The notes under the pieces: model-generated | What the model saw: only the letters and a program-made list of their open reading frames with translations | Told to the model about the DNA's origin: nothing | The model's database searches: none | Shown: piece after piece, positions 10,250 to 20,906 of the stretch | How positions within the stretch are numbered: the first letter of the stretch is position 1 | How the letters are laid out: every line of letters begins with the position of its first letter | NCBI GenBank assembly: GCA_965213925.1 | Contig: OZ243927.1 | Coordinates: forward strand, 3,456,001 to 3,520,000 | Source of the DNA: Trueperaceae bacterium | GTDB lineage: Bacteria > Deinococcota > Deinococci > Deinococcales > Trueperaceae | Direction of reading: 5' to 3' | DNA: 64,000 nt | Position numbers and translations under genes: made by a program

Positions 10250-11125
10250 CTAGGTGCGCTGTCCTACACCTTTACCGACCCTATCGCCGGACTCCTAATT
10301 CAAGGCGTCGCGCTCGAGGCCGAGCGAGCGGGCTACGGACTATTACTGATAAGGGGTGAGGCGGAGACTGAAAACTTCAAACGGGACCGGGCACGCTCCC
10401 TCGCGGCTACAGCTCATGTGGACAGGTTCATCCTGCACAACTTCCCTGGCGACACACCGACCTTTAACGAAGTCTTGCAGCGCCGCTTGCCGAGTGTATT
10501 GGTAGATCACGCCAAGACAGAAGACTTACTGTCGGTCACGGTGGATAACGAGCAGGGGGCGTACGAGGCGGCTAGGCACCTGCTCGAGCTGGGTCACAAA
10601 CGCTTAGGCGTCATCTCCTTAGAACTCACCTTAGACACAAAAGGCGGTGTTATCGGTGTAGAGCGGCAGAAACAGGCGATCTACCTGCCGACAAAAAGGT
10701 GCTTGCAAGGCTACGCCAGAGCAGTAAAAGAAGCGGGCTTGACCTGGCAAAAGTCAGTGACCGTATATGAAATGGCCGACAACACGCTCGAAGAGGGAGA
10801 ACAGGCAGCGGCTACCCTCTTGAGTCAAGCGCACACCCCAAGCGCCGTCCTTGCCATGAGTGACCAACTCGCACTTGGGGCGTTGCGATATGCGAAAACG
10901 AAGGGTGTCGCCGTGCCCGAAGTGCTTTCGGTTGTCGGTTATGACGATGCTACTGGGGCGGCGCAGGTGACGCCCGTGCTTACCACGGTGCGTCAGCCGC
11001 ACACAGAAAAGGGACGAGTCGCGGCGGCACTTCTTATCGCGCAGCTTCGCGGCGAGGAGGTCAGCTCAGTCAAGCTGAAGACCGAACTGGTGGTAAGGAG
11101 CTCGAGTACAAAACCCTGGCGTTAG
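10250..11125 (+). pseudogene. LacI-family regulator lacking its N-terminal HTH
   Basis: Sugar-binding domain (SDQLALG, SVVGYDD, LTTVRQP) with no HTH or clear start upstream. Confidence 0.7.
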
Positions 11126-11478
11126 GCGAGCACTTCCACAGTAAACCCGCCCGGCGCTTTGCAGTAAAAGGTCCAGGAGCCGTGAAAATGACGAGGCGCT
11201 TTCACGTCGAAGCCGTCGTCTTTAAGTCGCTGATTGATTTCATTGACCTTTTCTTCGTTCGCCTGAATAAAGCCGACGTGAAAGCTCGCCGGATACTTGA
11301 CGTCGCCTGCCTTGCCAACCTTCATCAGGGTGAGTACTAAACCAGCGTCGTCGAACAGCACGTCGAAGCTGGCGTCGCTCTCGACGCCTTCAGCGCTCTG
11401 GAGACCGAAGTATGTTTCTAGAAAAGCCTTGGTCTCAGCAACATCGTTGACGGTGAGATTTAGGTGGTTCAGTTTCAC
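11122..11478 (-). CDS. VOC/glyoxalase family protein
   Basis: LNHLNLTV, FHVGF, APGGFTVEV. Confidence 0.85.
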   Translation of the reverse strand: MKLNHLNLTVNDVAETKAFLETYFGLQSAEGVESDASFDVLFDDAGLVLTLMKVGKAGDVKYPASFHVGFIQANEEKVNEINQRLKDDGFDVKAPRHFHGSWTFYCKAPGGFTVEVLA

Positions 11479-11589
11479 GGCGCGTCCTCCTGTTCGGAGT
11501 AGATTAGCTCACAGCTGAAACTTAACTCTGATTCCTCATGCGCTGAATACTCTCTAACATTGAGAAGAATTGCCGGACTACTCCTCTAG

Positions 11590-12094
11590 CTTGCCTTCAG
11601 CGTCAACCCACACTTTATCAGGTTCGGTAGCTTCGGGTTGGTCAGCACCGGTGTTTGTCGCGGCTATGGGGGCTGCATAGAAGTTCTCGGGCGGTATCGG
11701 GGCACCCGCCAGGCGGCGCAAGCAACATTGCGAGCTGACCTGCGTGGGTCATAGCGTCGGCAAAGGGTCCCTGCAGAAGTTGCTCTGCGCTCGAGCTACT
11801 AAAACTTGCGCTTTGTTCCAGATGGTGACTGAGTTGCTCGAGCGAATCGTGAAACCGCGCCTGCTCTTCCGCTAAGGTATCCAAATCCTGAAGTGGCGTG
11901 TTAACGCTAGCGGCGTGACTCAAAGCGTAGTTGAGAACGCCGTTCATGTGCCTTACTAACTGCTGAAGTGTTCTGACGCTAGCTTGAATGCTAAAGGAAC
12001 CAAAGCCAGCGGGCGCACCCTTCAGAGCTTTTCGAGTACGGTAAGCAAGGGACGCCAAAAAGTGTCTTAGAAGCTGTCTTTCGGTATTGTTCAT
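11590..12094 (-). pseudogene. DinB-superfamily protein, frameshifted near 11720
   Basis: DAMTHAGQLAML, continuing in another frame as RRLAGAPIPPENF. Confidence 0.65.
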
Positions 12095-12176
12095 TATGTG
12101 CGTATCCTCAGAAAGCTTTGCACCTATTTGAAGCGCGACGGTTCTATTTGTTTGATAACATCTGTCGCAGAATAGC

Positions 12177-12470
12177 TCAACCCCAAGCTTGCAGCAAAAT
12201 CGTCCATGGTTGGATGGCTTTAACCTCGAGAAGACCTAGATACGTCCAGGGGTCGCCTGCCAACTGCCTTCTAATCTCATCTTCGTTCGTCGCATCAACT
12301 ACCAGTATAATATTGTCACCCGCACCTACAGGTTTACCTAAAACGACGAAACCGGAAGCGGTCAAATTGTCCATGAACTGAGCGCGTTCGGTCCAGTGGG
12401 CTTGTTTGCGCATCGGCAGGTCTGGATTCCAGGCGCTACCCCTACCTCTCGTGATGACGAACAGCTTTTT
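12177..12470 (-). CDS. YciI-like protein (start uncertain)
   Basis: FMDNL...GFVVLG.P, LAGDPW...I.PW. Confidence 0.6.
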   Translation of the reverse strand, partial: KKLFVITRGRGSAWNPDLPMRKQAHWTERAQFMDNLTASGFVVLGKPVGAGDNIILVVDATNEDEIRRQLAGDPWTYLGLLEVKAIQPWTILLQAWG

Positions 12471-12984
12471 TATAATTTCGTCTTCGGCAGCGAAGCCCAA
12501 TCCGGCGCATTATCAATACGCTGACGTAGCAGCAAGTTGAGCTGCGCCGCGTGGTGCTAGACATGCCGCGTGTTATAGATGGTCAGTTCATGCAAGGAGA
12601 ACGTCTTGTACTCCCCGGCGAAGGGCTGTTTCGCCTTTTCAGGAATCAGGCTTTCGATAAACGTGCGGCTTTTGACCCATACCAAAGCGAGATAGTCGAG
12701 CAGCTCTTCTTTTGAGTATATCCGCTCAGGCAGAATACCTTCCGCATCAAACTCTCCTTTGGTGAAAGGTGTAGGAAGTTGAAAATCTTTCTCAGTCGTT
12801 TCCGAAAAGTAATAGTCAGTCCAGAACAGGGTGTGATAAGCCAGGTACCAGAATGCCTGGGGGTACAGCTCGTCGCCCAGACCTCTGCTGGACAGGCGAC
12901 GATAGCGTTTTCCAACATCTGCAAGGCTCCGCCGAACTGATTCCAGAGGAGTTCGGGTAAGTCAGTGGTCGTGGACTCGAGCAT
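12471..12984 (-). pseudogene. DinB-family protein with frameshift and in-frame TAG
   Basis: LWNQFGGALQMLENAI, FWYLAYHTLFWTDYY and YNTRHV*HHAAQLNLLLRQ lie in different frames. Confidence 0.75.
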
Positions 12985-13029
12985 AGCAGGTTGACCTTGG
13001 CGTGGCGCATGGAGCCAGGGACTTTGGTG

Positions 13030-13349
13030 ATGTGGCGCATAGCGGCAGGCTAAGCCAATACCTCGTAGTACGTCACCGTAGGCTCAAATTCTAAAAGGTA
13101 GTCCTCATCTTTCGGATAGTACTTAGCGCGGTCAACGTCATCACCCGCAAACGCTTTAATAGCATCCTAGGGTACCCAAAAGGTCAGGAGGAGAAACTGT
13201 GCTTCATCATCTTGGATATTGCGTAAAACGTGAACTCCGCGGTTGCCTTCGGTGGACTTGTAGTCGGTAACGCCTGTCTCGAGCAGATACTGGTGACAAG
13301 CGTCTGCTTTGCCGGCAGGGACACGGTCCCGCCAAATACGTGCAATCAT
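13030..13349 (-). pseudogene. Antibiotic biosynthesis monooxygenase-like protein with in-frame TAG at 13167
   Basis: MIARIW...FLLLTFWVP*DAIKAFAGDDVDRAKYYPKDEDYLLEFEP. Confidence 0.75.
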
Positions 13350-13870
13350 AACGTCTCCCTGGCAGATGGAAGATAAAACAGCAGGTCGAGCGAGGGTGGC
13401 TTGATACCTTGCGAACGCAGCATCACCACGATTTGTGCTGTATGGCGTATTTCGTGAATCATCGTGTGCCACAGAACGCCATCAACCACAAAATGGGTGT
13501 CTGGTTCATCGTGCGGGGTCATGACGCGTTGTCATTCGTCATCAGTTAGGGTGCCGAGATAGTCCAGCGTACTTTTTTCCACGGCTTTCCAGTAGTCCAG
13601 CAAGGTCTCGAGTCTGAAACCACAAACAGCCCCCTCTTCAACGTTGCATAACGCGGGAAACTGCTCGAGCACGGGTTCTTGGCGCAAGATATCCATGTTT
13701 AACCAGCCATCTTCAACGGTAATTATGTGAAACATCAGGTCTTTTAGACAGGGAAACCAGGTGTCGCCCAGTAAGGGGCGAGACAGAGCCTCGTCCGGTA
13801 CCTTCTCGAGCGCTGCCCATAGCTCTCGATAGGTACGCACGAGGTAATCATAGGTGTCAAGTAGGTTCAC
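13346..13870 (-). pseudogene. DinB-family protein with in-frame TGA at 13532
   Basis: LKDLMFHIITVEDGW ... after the stop LWHTMIHEIRHTAQI. Confidence 0.75.
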
Positions 13871-14094
13871 GGAAACCCATCCCCCTTATCCTGTGTCGTA
13901 CCTGAGCGAGTCGCATAGTCACTAGGCGCGAGCCGCTCGGCGAAAGCGACAAGCGACCCCGCCAAGCTCTGCCTGAACGAGCGACGAGACCGCCTCAACT
14001 CTCGAAGCGCATCCTCCGCAGCCGCTCGAGCCTCGTTCATTCGCATCATTCTGTGAACGTCTCGGAGCATAAACCCCTCATTAAACCGGTGCAT
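13867..14094 (-). CDS. Small hypothetical protein
   Basis: 75-aa ORF with GAGGAGG RBS; stop overlaps the next start. Confidence 0.55.
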   Translation of the reverse strand: MHRFNEGFMLRDVHRMMRMNEARAAAEDALRELRRSRRSFRQSLAGSLVAFAERLAPSDYATRSGTTQDKGDGFP

Positions 14095-14150
14095 GATGCC
14101 TCCTCGCCAATCGAATTAGCAAGTGTGTTTCAGCGGGTTCCAGGCAGAAC

Positions 14151-14667
14151 TCACGAAAGAGTAACAAGAAAGGCTAAGGTTCGTTTCATGACAAGCTTGG
14201 TTGCGGCTGGGTCGTAGGCGTCCAGAGAGCTGTCCGTAAACAAGTGAGCGTCGCCCTCATACAGAAACAGCTCGCCGCCCGCTTGACCTGCAAGATCTTC
14301 AAGCACGTCAACATCACCCAGTTCATCGTCCCGCTTCACGTGCGCCTGAAAGGCTACGCCGTCTGGCCAGGCGTCCGCCGGGGCGCTGCTGGGCAAGTTG
14401 CTGCGCGGGCATCACACCTAGCGAAAACCCGCCCTAGACCATTTCATCCGGGAGACCGTCGGCAACAGCGACCCCAGCCTCAGCGAGCGCCCCAAAGCCA
14501 ACGCTCTTGGCATAGGCGAGTCCTTCATCCAGCGTCGAAAACGTATGACCCTCGTAGAGGTCGGGTTGGGTCACGCTGTGACCGGCAGCGCGCAACTCGT
14601 CGGCAAAGGCGCGCATTCCTGCGGTTAAGCCTTGGGCGTGATGAAATAAAAGAATGTCAGCTATCAT
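14151..14667 (-). pseudogene. Dienelactone hydrolase with stop and internal deletion
   Basis: LFHHAQGLT...PDLYEG and YEGDAHLFTDSSL..YD in two pieces; nucleophile region disrupted. Confidence 0.75.
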
Positions 14668-14860
14668 TGGCTCCCTTTAACTACTTCCGAATGGGCGTAA
14701 ACTGCTCGGAGACGGACGGACTACGGTTGCTCTGGCTTCGAGTAGGGGCGTTGGGCACAGAAAAACCTCCGTTTGCGTGTACAGAAAGGCGTTACACCCT
14801 CTCAGCATGCCTCCTCACTCACCAGGGTAAGGGCATATCAGGCTAGAATCGGTCCTAATT

Positions 14861-15826
14861 ATGTATCACCCTAGCACTCGGCTCTTAACGATTCTCGAGC
14901 TATTGCAAGCGTGGGGAAGAATGAGCGGACCAGAGCTTGCCAGAAGGCTCGAGGTGAGCCCGCGCAGCGTGCGGCGCTACATCGCTATGTTCCAGGACAT
15001 GGGCATCCCCATCGAGGGCGAGCGGGGGCGCTACGGGCAGTACCGTTTGTGCCCCGGCTATAAGCTGCCGCCCCTCACGTTTGACGATGACGAGGCGCTC
15101 GCGCTCACGGTGGGGCTCCTGCTCGTCCGGCGGAGCGGCGGCTTGGTCGAGCCTGCCACGACCGAACGTGCTTTAGCCAAACTCAACCGCGTTTTGCCCG
15201 AAGGGGTACGGGGGCAGGTCCTCACGCTGCAAGAGACATTGGTACTCGACGCCTATCCCGAACAAGTTTTGCCCGACAGCGCCAAGCTGACGCTACTAAG
15301 TCAAGGGGTAAAAACGCACCAGCGGGTGTGGTTGCATTACCGCAATGAGCAAGGAAGCGCGACCGAGCGCGAGGTTGACCCCTACGGCGTGGTGCAGCGC
15401 GGCGGGCGGTGGTACGTGGCGGGCTATTGTCACCTGCGGCAAGACTTACGGGTGTTTCGCGTGGACCGGATGGACGAGGTTAGGTTATTCACCATTGCCT
15501 TCGAGCCACCCGAGGACTTTGATGTGTCCACCTACGTCGGCCACGCCGTGGCAATGGTCCCGACAACCTATACCGTAGAAGTGCTGCTCAAAACCAGTCT
15601 GGCAAGGGCACAGCGCGAACTTTACCCCAACTTCGTGACCTTAACTCCTGACCCGGACGGGGTTCTCCTACACTGTACGACCGACACCCTGGCGTGGATG
15701 GCGCGGGTGATAGCTGGGTTCAGCTTCGCCTGGGAGGTGCGCGAGCCGCCTGAGTTGGAGGAAGCACTTCGGGCGCATGCCAGTAACCTCTTGGAACAGC
15801 TCAAAAAGTTAGCGACCTCCGAGTGA
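14861..15826 (+). CDS. YafY-type HTH-WYL-WCX regulator
   Basis: N-terminal HTH, REVDPYG, WYVAGYCHLRQDLRVFRVDR. Confidence 0.92.
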   Translation: MYHPSTRLLTILELLQAWGRMSGPELARRLEVSPRSVRRYIAMFQDMGIPIEGERGRYGQYRLCPGYKLPPLTFDDDEALALTVGLLLVRRSGGLVEPATTERALAKLNRVLPEGVRGQVLTLQETLVLDAYPEQVLPDSAKLTLLSQGVKTHQRVWLHYRNEQGSATEREVDPYGVVQRGGRWYVAGYCHLRQDLRVFRVDRMDEVRLFTIAFEPPEDFDVSTYVGHAVAMVPTTYTVEVLLKTSLARAQRELYPNFVTLTPDPDGVLLHCTTDTLAWMARVIAGFSFAWEVREPPELEEALRAHASNLLEQLKKLATSE

Positions 15827-15859
15827 GCTACGCACAACTCTGAAAGTCTACATACCCCT

Positions 15860-15981
15860 TAGCATAAGGTCCAGTCCGATGATCTCGAGCGTTTGGATGA
15901 GGTGAGCGCTTTGCCGACAGAATATCCGCAGTGGATGGTGGAGAGTCAAGTGGCTGAGCGGTTACCTAAAAGCGCTCAGTA
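15860..15981 (+). pseudogene. Aldo/keto reductase C-terminal remnant
   Basis: DDLERLDEVSALPTEYPQWM. Confidence 0.5.
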
Positions 15982-16052
15982 AAAGCGCGGCATAACGGAC
16001 TGAACTCTTCCAAACTGCTTTGCTGTGAGAAATCGTAATGGTAGTCGTCTGA

Positions 16053-16643
16053 CTAGCGAATGAGTCCTACAGCTTCCATCGCCTGCTCGAGACTGCTTAC
16101 CGCTTCCGATGCGCTTAACTGACCAATCAAGACGCGCAGCGCGAGTCCGTCCGCCGTAGCGAGCAACTTGCGGACGACAACTACGGCGTCAAGGTTCTCG
16201 CTAATCTGCCCGACCTTCTGAGCCGCCCCCAGAAGGCGCTCGCCCTCCTCCTGCTCGCCACATTTAGCCTCACGTAAGATAGCGGCGATCTTGGGATCAC
16301 CGACACTCCTGGCTAAGTAGGCGTACCAAACAGTCGCGCCGACCTTCATGTCCTCAGTTTGTGGGATGGCGTGCGTGAAGAGTTCACGCAGCACCTCTAG
16401 CGGACGGTCTGCCGGTGCCCTCTGCTCAAACGTCTCAGAGGCCACGTCGATCAGCGCCCGGCAACCGTGCCGCACCATCTCCTCTTTCGTTGAAAAGTAG
16501 TGCTGAATTCGACCTACCGAGATACCCGCTGCAGCGGCGACGGAGCGCATGGTCACCGCCTCGAGTCCACGTGTGGCGGTGACCTGCCAAACAGCCTCGG
16601 CGATCTCGCGGCGGCGCTTGTCGTGATTAACGATGCGAGGCAC
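16053..16643 (-). CDS. TetR-family regulator (BetI-type C-terminus)
   Basis: VTMRSVAAAAGISVGRIQHYFSTKEE. Confidence 0.9.
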   Translation of the reverse strand: MPRIVNHDKRRREIAEAVWQVTATRGLEAVTMRSVAAAAGISVGRIQHYFSTKEEMVRHGCRALIDVASETFEQRAPADRPLEVLRELFTHAIPQTEDMKVGATVWYAYLARSVGDPKIAAILREAKCGEQEEGERLLGAAQKVGQISENLDAVVVVRKLLATADGLALRVLIGQLSASEAVSSLEQAMEAVGLIR

Positions 16644-16748
16644 CCTTCTAGTCTTAACAGCTTGAACGTCTTTTAGCAATACATAGATACTGCTTTACCT
16701 TCTTTACAATACAAACGTATTTCTATATATCGAGTTAGGAGGGAGATT

Positions 16749-17753
16749 ATGTGGGGTCACAAAGCACGCCGCAGGTCAAAGCTGGGGATGAGAACCGGTC
16801 TAACTTTAGGGGTCATTGTGGCTCTGGGTCTCTGTGCTCTCGCGAGCGTTTTGTACAACTCTAGCCCGGTCGGTCACTTCCGCACCAATGAAGGATACCG
16901 GATATACGCCGCCTCTTACGCCGCCGCGATGGAACAGCTACCCAGACCTACCCGAAGTATGGACGTAAAAACCGACTTCGGGACGGTCCGGGTTTATGAA
17001 TTTTCTTCTTCCCGGACGCGGGCGTTGACGCCACTCGTGCTTCTTCCCGGACGCGCTTCCGGAACACCCATGTGGGAGGCTAACCTTGCAAGCCTCGCCA
17101 AAGAGCGAGACGTTTATGCGCTTGACGCTCTGGGCGACGCGGGAATGAGCGTGCAAACGCGAGAGATCAAAGATGCCTCCGACCAAGCCGCTTGGCTTGA
17201 GCAGGTTTTTGTCCAACTCGACCTGTCCCAGGTGCATCTGGTCGGGCATTCCTTCGGCGGTTGGTCTGCCGCCAACTACGCGGTCCGTTACCCCGAGCGT
17301 GCGGCGTCACTTATGCTGCTCGAGCCCGTGTTCGTCTTTCAGGGTCTGCGATGGCAGGTTTACGTTAAATCTATCCCGGCGTCTGTGCCGTTCTTGCCGC
17401 AGAGCTGGCGAGACACCATGCTTAGCAACTTTGGTGGCGTCGAGAAAGTTGATCACGACGACCCTGTCACCCGCATGATCTCCGATGCCGCAGAGCACTA
17501 CGCCGCAAAACTTCCGCTACCTCAGCGCCTTTCACAAGCGCAACTCCGCAATTTGCCCATGCCCGTCTACGTTGCGATGGCTGCCGAAAGCTCTTTGCAC
17601 GACGCAGCTGCCGCCACGCAGGTCGCTCGCAACAGCGTTCAGGACCTTCAGATTCGGAACTGGTCGGGGGCTACGCATTCGCTGCCGATGGAGTTTCCGG
17701 AGCGGCTCAACCGGGAACTCCTGAGTTTTATAGCGGCGCACGACCTGGAGTAG
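16749..17753 (+). CDS. Alpha/beta hydrolase with N-terminal TM segment
   Basis: GHSFGG, ATHSLPME. Confidence 0.85.
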   Translation: MWGHKARRRSKLGMRTGLTLGVIVALGLCALASVLYNSSPVGHFRTNEGYRIYAASYAAAMEQLPRPTRSMDVKTDFGTVRVYEFSSSRTRALTPLVLLPGRASGTPMWEANLASLAKERDVYALDALGDAGMSVQTREIKDASDQAAWLEQVFVQLDLSQVHLVGHSFGGWSAANYAVRYPERAASLMLLEPVFVFQGLRWQVYVKSIPASVPFLPQSWRDTMLSNFGGVEKVDHDDPVTRMISDAAEHYAAKLPLPQRLSQAQLRNLPMPVYVAMAAESSLHDAAAATQVARNSVQDLQIRNWSGATHSLPMEFPERLNRELLSFIAAHDLE

Positions 17754-18300
17754 TACGCTGGTTGGCACAAAACGTGGCGCTAGGCGATTTTCTTTGCTCC
17801 AAACAGCCTTGGTTGCTCAAAATGACTTAGAGAAAATAAGCTCGGAAGGGGCAAGGCGGCGCGCATCTCGGTAAACGACCGTTTTTGCAATCTGTTCAGC
17901 GTCTGGCTGTGACTGGTTAAACCACCTACGCTCATTGCAACCGAGTTTCACTGTCAGATTTATCGTCTAATTCTATCCACAGGGCAGGTCGAATACCGCC
18001 ACTATCTTTAGGTCTGCCATAGACACCATCGCCACGAACATAAATACGTCCGTATCTATTTACACTGGCAGCAGTGCGACCATAATAGCCTGGTGAGCGA
18101 AGTCGCCACCAATAGAATTTACTTTATCTTCTTTAGTGACCCCGACGGCAACAGTTAGGCAGTGCAGCAAATCTCGAGCCGCAGTTGAACGAGGTAATTT
18201 TTATACGTGTGAACAGGCCGAGGCGTGCGTAAGTCTTCTGCGTGTGGTCGGGTAGCAGGAGACCGTCACTGGCCTCCCGCCCCTAAGAGCCGTGCGTGCG

Positions 18301-20736
18301 GTAGGGTAGGATGCCAGCGAGCTGCCTATCAAAGATAGCGCTTTTCCAACATCCCCCCTCCGAACCCCGCATGACCGCTTTCCGTGTCACGGGGCTCTCC
18401 AGTAATCTCAACATGAAAGTCCTTTCCCGTGGTAGTGCCCTTTATGGATGTCTTGGTGGCAGGTGAGGCAGACCACCAGCGTCTTGCGTCGGCGAGCCGA
18501 CATCCTTTGCATCCATTCGGGCCGTGACTTACGCCCTCTTTGTTCAAGGTCTGCCAGTTTTCGGACGTGATGCACTTCGACGTGCTCCACCGACCCACAA
18601 AGCTCACAGCTTTGCGCTAAAAGGCGGTCCACCACTTCATTACGCCCGTTCCAAATCTTACTGTTCTGGTTGTCGTCCAAGGCTACCCATTTGTTCCACC
18701 GTAACGGGATGCCGCCAAAGTGGGTGATGAGTGGCTTCTTTTTAGGACCACGGTCCACTTTGACTTGAAGGACTTTATAGCTGCCCTCCTTGAGGTCGAT
18801 GGTGGTGCGGTAGCGCCGATAGATTTTCTGGCAACTCGTCCTGAACTTATTCGCCAGCGTTTTCACTAGCGAGAGTTCTGTGACGCGCTTGAGTCGGCCC
18901 AGCGTGTGGAGGTTGTAGGCCATGCGGTAATACTGCACGACCCCGCGGTATTCCGCTTGATATTGGCTGACGATGCTGTAAGCATCGCTGCTGAGCCTTT
19001 GTGGGAGGTGAATGGGCTTGCCGCGTCGCATGTACTTGGCGCAGTGCGCTTTCATGACGTGCGACGGTACCCGGAGTCCGACGCTGCCGTTGATGCAGCG
19101 TTGTCCCCGGTGGTCGTGTTTATCGTCAGCGTGAAGAATGTGGACCTCATAGCCCAGGAAACGCGCTTTCTGCGTGCGCGCGTGGGTCAGCAGGGTCTTA
19201 TCCTCGCTAAGCTCAAGCTTGAGTTCGTCGCGTAAGAAGGCGGCAATCTCTTGCTTGATAGCCACGGCCTCGTCTTTTGGCCCTTTCAGCCCCAGCAGAA
19301 AGTCATCGGCATACCTTTGGTACCACAATCGCCGGAAGTTCGGGTCATCGGGGTCGCGCGACGGCATTGTCTGGGCCTGCTGGCTCAGTTGCCGCGCGGT
19401 CTCCCAGTTCCCTGCTTTCCGAGCGTCGTGAGCGGCTTTGGCGATGGCGACATACGGGGGGTAGGTCTTGCGGCGTTCGCCGCGTGTGTAAGCTGGTATC
19501 AGTTCGTGCTCGACAAACTTGTCCAGCCTGTCCAGAACCAGGTTGGTGAGGATTGGACCGACAATCGACCCTTGCGGCACACCGCTGTAGGTCTGGTGAA
19601 AGGTCCAGTTCTCCAGGTAGCCAGCTTCGAGCAGCCCCTTGATAAGCCGCAGGAAGCGGTTGTCGTGGAAGCTCTTCTGCAAGATGTTCAACAAGACATC
19701 GAAGTTAATCTTGTCGAAACACGAGCAGATATCTCCCTCGATAAACCACTTTGTACCTCGACCCTCTTGGGTGACTTTGCGCAAAGCTGTGTGGCATCCC
19801 CGTTTCGGTCGAAAGCCGTGAGAACGGTCGCTGAACCGCGGTTCATAATAGGCTTCCAGGATGGAGCGGATAACTTCTTGAAGAAGTTTGTCCGACCAGG
19901 AAGGCATCCCTAGAGGCCGCATCTTGCCATTCTTTTTGGGAATGTAACGGCGTCGTACCGGCGTCCACCGATACCGCTCTTGGCGTAGCGCCTCGATGAT
20001 GGTATCAATTTTCGCTAGGGACATCCCGTCCACGGTTTCGTCCGAGGCACCTGGTGTCAGTGCGCCTTCGTTCTTGTAGAGCTTGGCGTAGGCGCGCAGG
20101 TAGAGGTCAGGCCGGTAGAGTAGGCGATACACCCTTTTAACCGGCAGGCCACGCTGGCCGCGTTCACGTAGGATGGTGAGTACCGTTTCGGCGGTTCGCA
20201 TCTCGCGTACCTCACAGTTCCTTTCCATCATGATTACCTGGTCTCCTTCGCCCTGCGAACGGCTCTCCCGCTCTCCCTGGTGGGGCGTGACGCCCACGAC
20301 TACTACGAGACCTCCGTTACCTTAGGACTCGCGTCCCTTAGGCAATCCCGTGTTTCGTCACTGAGGAACGTGCTAGAACGACTTAGGCTCGCCACTCATA
20401 GCCTTGGATGAACTCATTGTTCATCGCCCATCAAGCAGAGCGTCATTTGGACGAAACTTGAATCCAAATGTCCTGATGGCGTCGGTGTACAGACGTGCTA
20501 CCGACGGGTGTGCGTGACCACCGCTGGCTATTGGCGTTCAAACAATCCAGTCTTAGCCTTATCATTCAGGCGTTGCAGAGCCGCATCGTACACGTCTTCC
20601 TTTGCGCTCCGCTTTAATGCCATGCTCTTGTCCCCTCCCTCCTTTCGAGCTCAGGTTAGGCATCCGCCTCGGGGTCGTTTGCCCTGAACCCCGGCCAACT
20701 CCGTTGGCAATTCACTCAATGCGCACCACGGCGCAC
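18301..20736 (-). mobile_element. Inner group II intron (IIA, mitochondrial-like/Ll.LtrB type), apparently intact
   Basis: 5' GTGCGCCGTG at 20736; DV GAGCCCCGTGACACGGAAAGCGGTCATGCGGGGTTC; 3' ...CCTACCCTAC at 18301. Confidence 0.9.
18408..20201 (-). CDS. ltrA: Group II intron reverse transcriptase/maturase with HNH endonuclease
   Basis: IPKKNGKMRPLG, HGFRP, GVPQGS, RYADD, C-terminal CELC..EVHH..CLTCH. Confidence 0.95.
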   Translation of the reverse strand: MRTAETVLTILRERGQRGLPVKRVYRLLYRPDLYLRAYAKLYKNEGALTPGASDETVDGMSLAKIDTIIEALRQERYRWTPVRRRYIPKKNGKMRPLGMPSWSDKLLQEVIRSILEAYYEPRFSDRSHGFRPKRGCHTALRKVTQEGRGTKWFIEGDICSCFDKINFDVLLNILQKSFHDNRFLRLIKGLLEAGYLENWTFHQTYSGVPQGSIVGPILTNLVLDRLDKFVEHELIPAYTRGERRKTYPPYVAIAKAAHDARKAGNWETARQLSQQAQTMPSRDPDDPNFRRLWYQRYADDFLLGLKGPKDEAVAIKQEIAAFLRDELKLELSEDKTLLTHARTQKARFLGYEVHILHADDKHDHRGQRCINGSVGLRVPSHVMKAHCAKYMRRGKPIHLPQRLSSDAYSIVSQYQAEYRGVVQYYRMAYNLHTLGRLKRVTELSLVKTLANKFRTSCQKIYRRYRTTIDLKEGSYKVLQVKVDRGPKKKPLITHFGGIPLRWNKWVALDDNQNSKIWNGRNEVVDRLLAQSCELCGSVEHVEVHHVRKLADLEQRGRKSRPEWMQRMSARRRKTLVVCLTCHQDIHKGHYHGKGLSC

Positions 20737-20771
20737 ACTTTCACCGCACACGGCTCAAGCCAATCACGAAG

Positions 20772-20906
20772 CTACCGCGATAAGCTCGTAGTAGCCCTGA
20801 AGATTCGCCCTCTCAGATTGCGAACCCGCCAATTGACAGCTCGCCAGTTCACAGCGTGCCAGTCCGTAGGTCCTTCGGTTTCGTTTGCAGAGCTTCGGGC
20901 TCGCAT
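20772..20906 (-). pseudogene. 44-codon N-terminal stub of the outer intron RT (RVT_N-like)
   Basis: MRARSSANETEGPTDWHAVNWRAVNWRVRNLRGRIFRA..*, ending just before DV. Confidence 0.7.

Noticed and set aside
15825..15840. Possible half-site AGCTACGCACAAC after the WYL gene
   Set aside because: No GCGCGC core or left arm; too short to support.
17845..17878. GGCGCGCA core with flanks as a ninth site
   Set aside because: Arms match the consensus poorly; at most an eroded copy.
18408..20201. RT as a retron, DGR or defence RT
   Set aside because: It has maturase and HNH domains and lies inside complete group II intron termini with DV/DVI.
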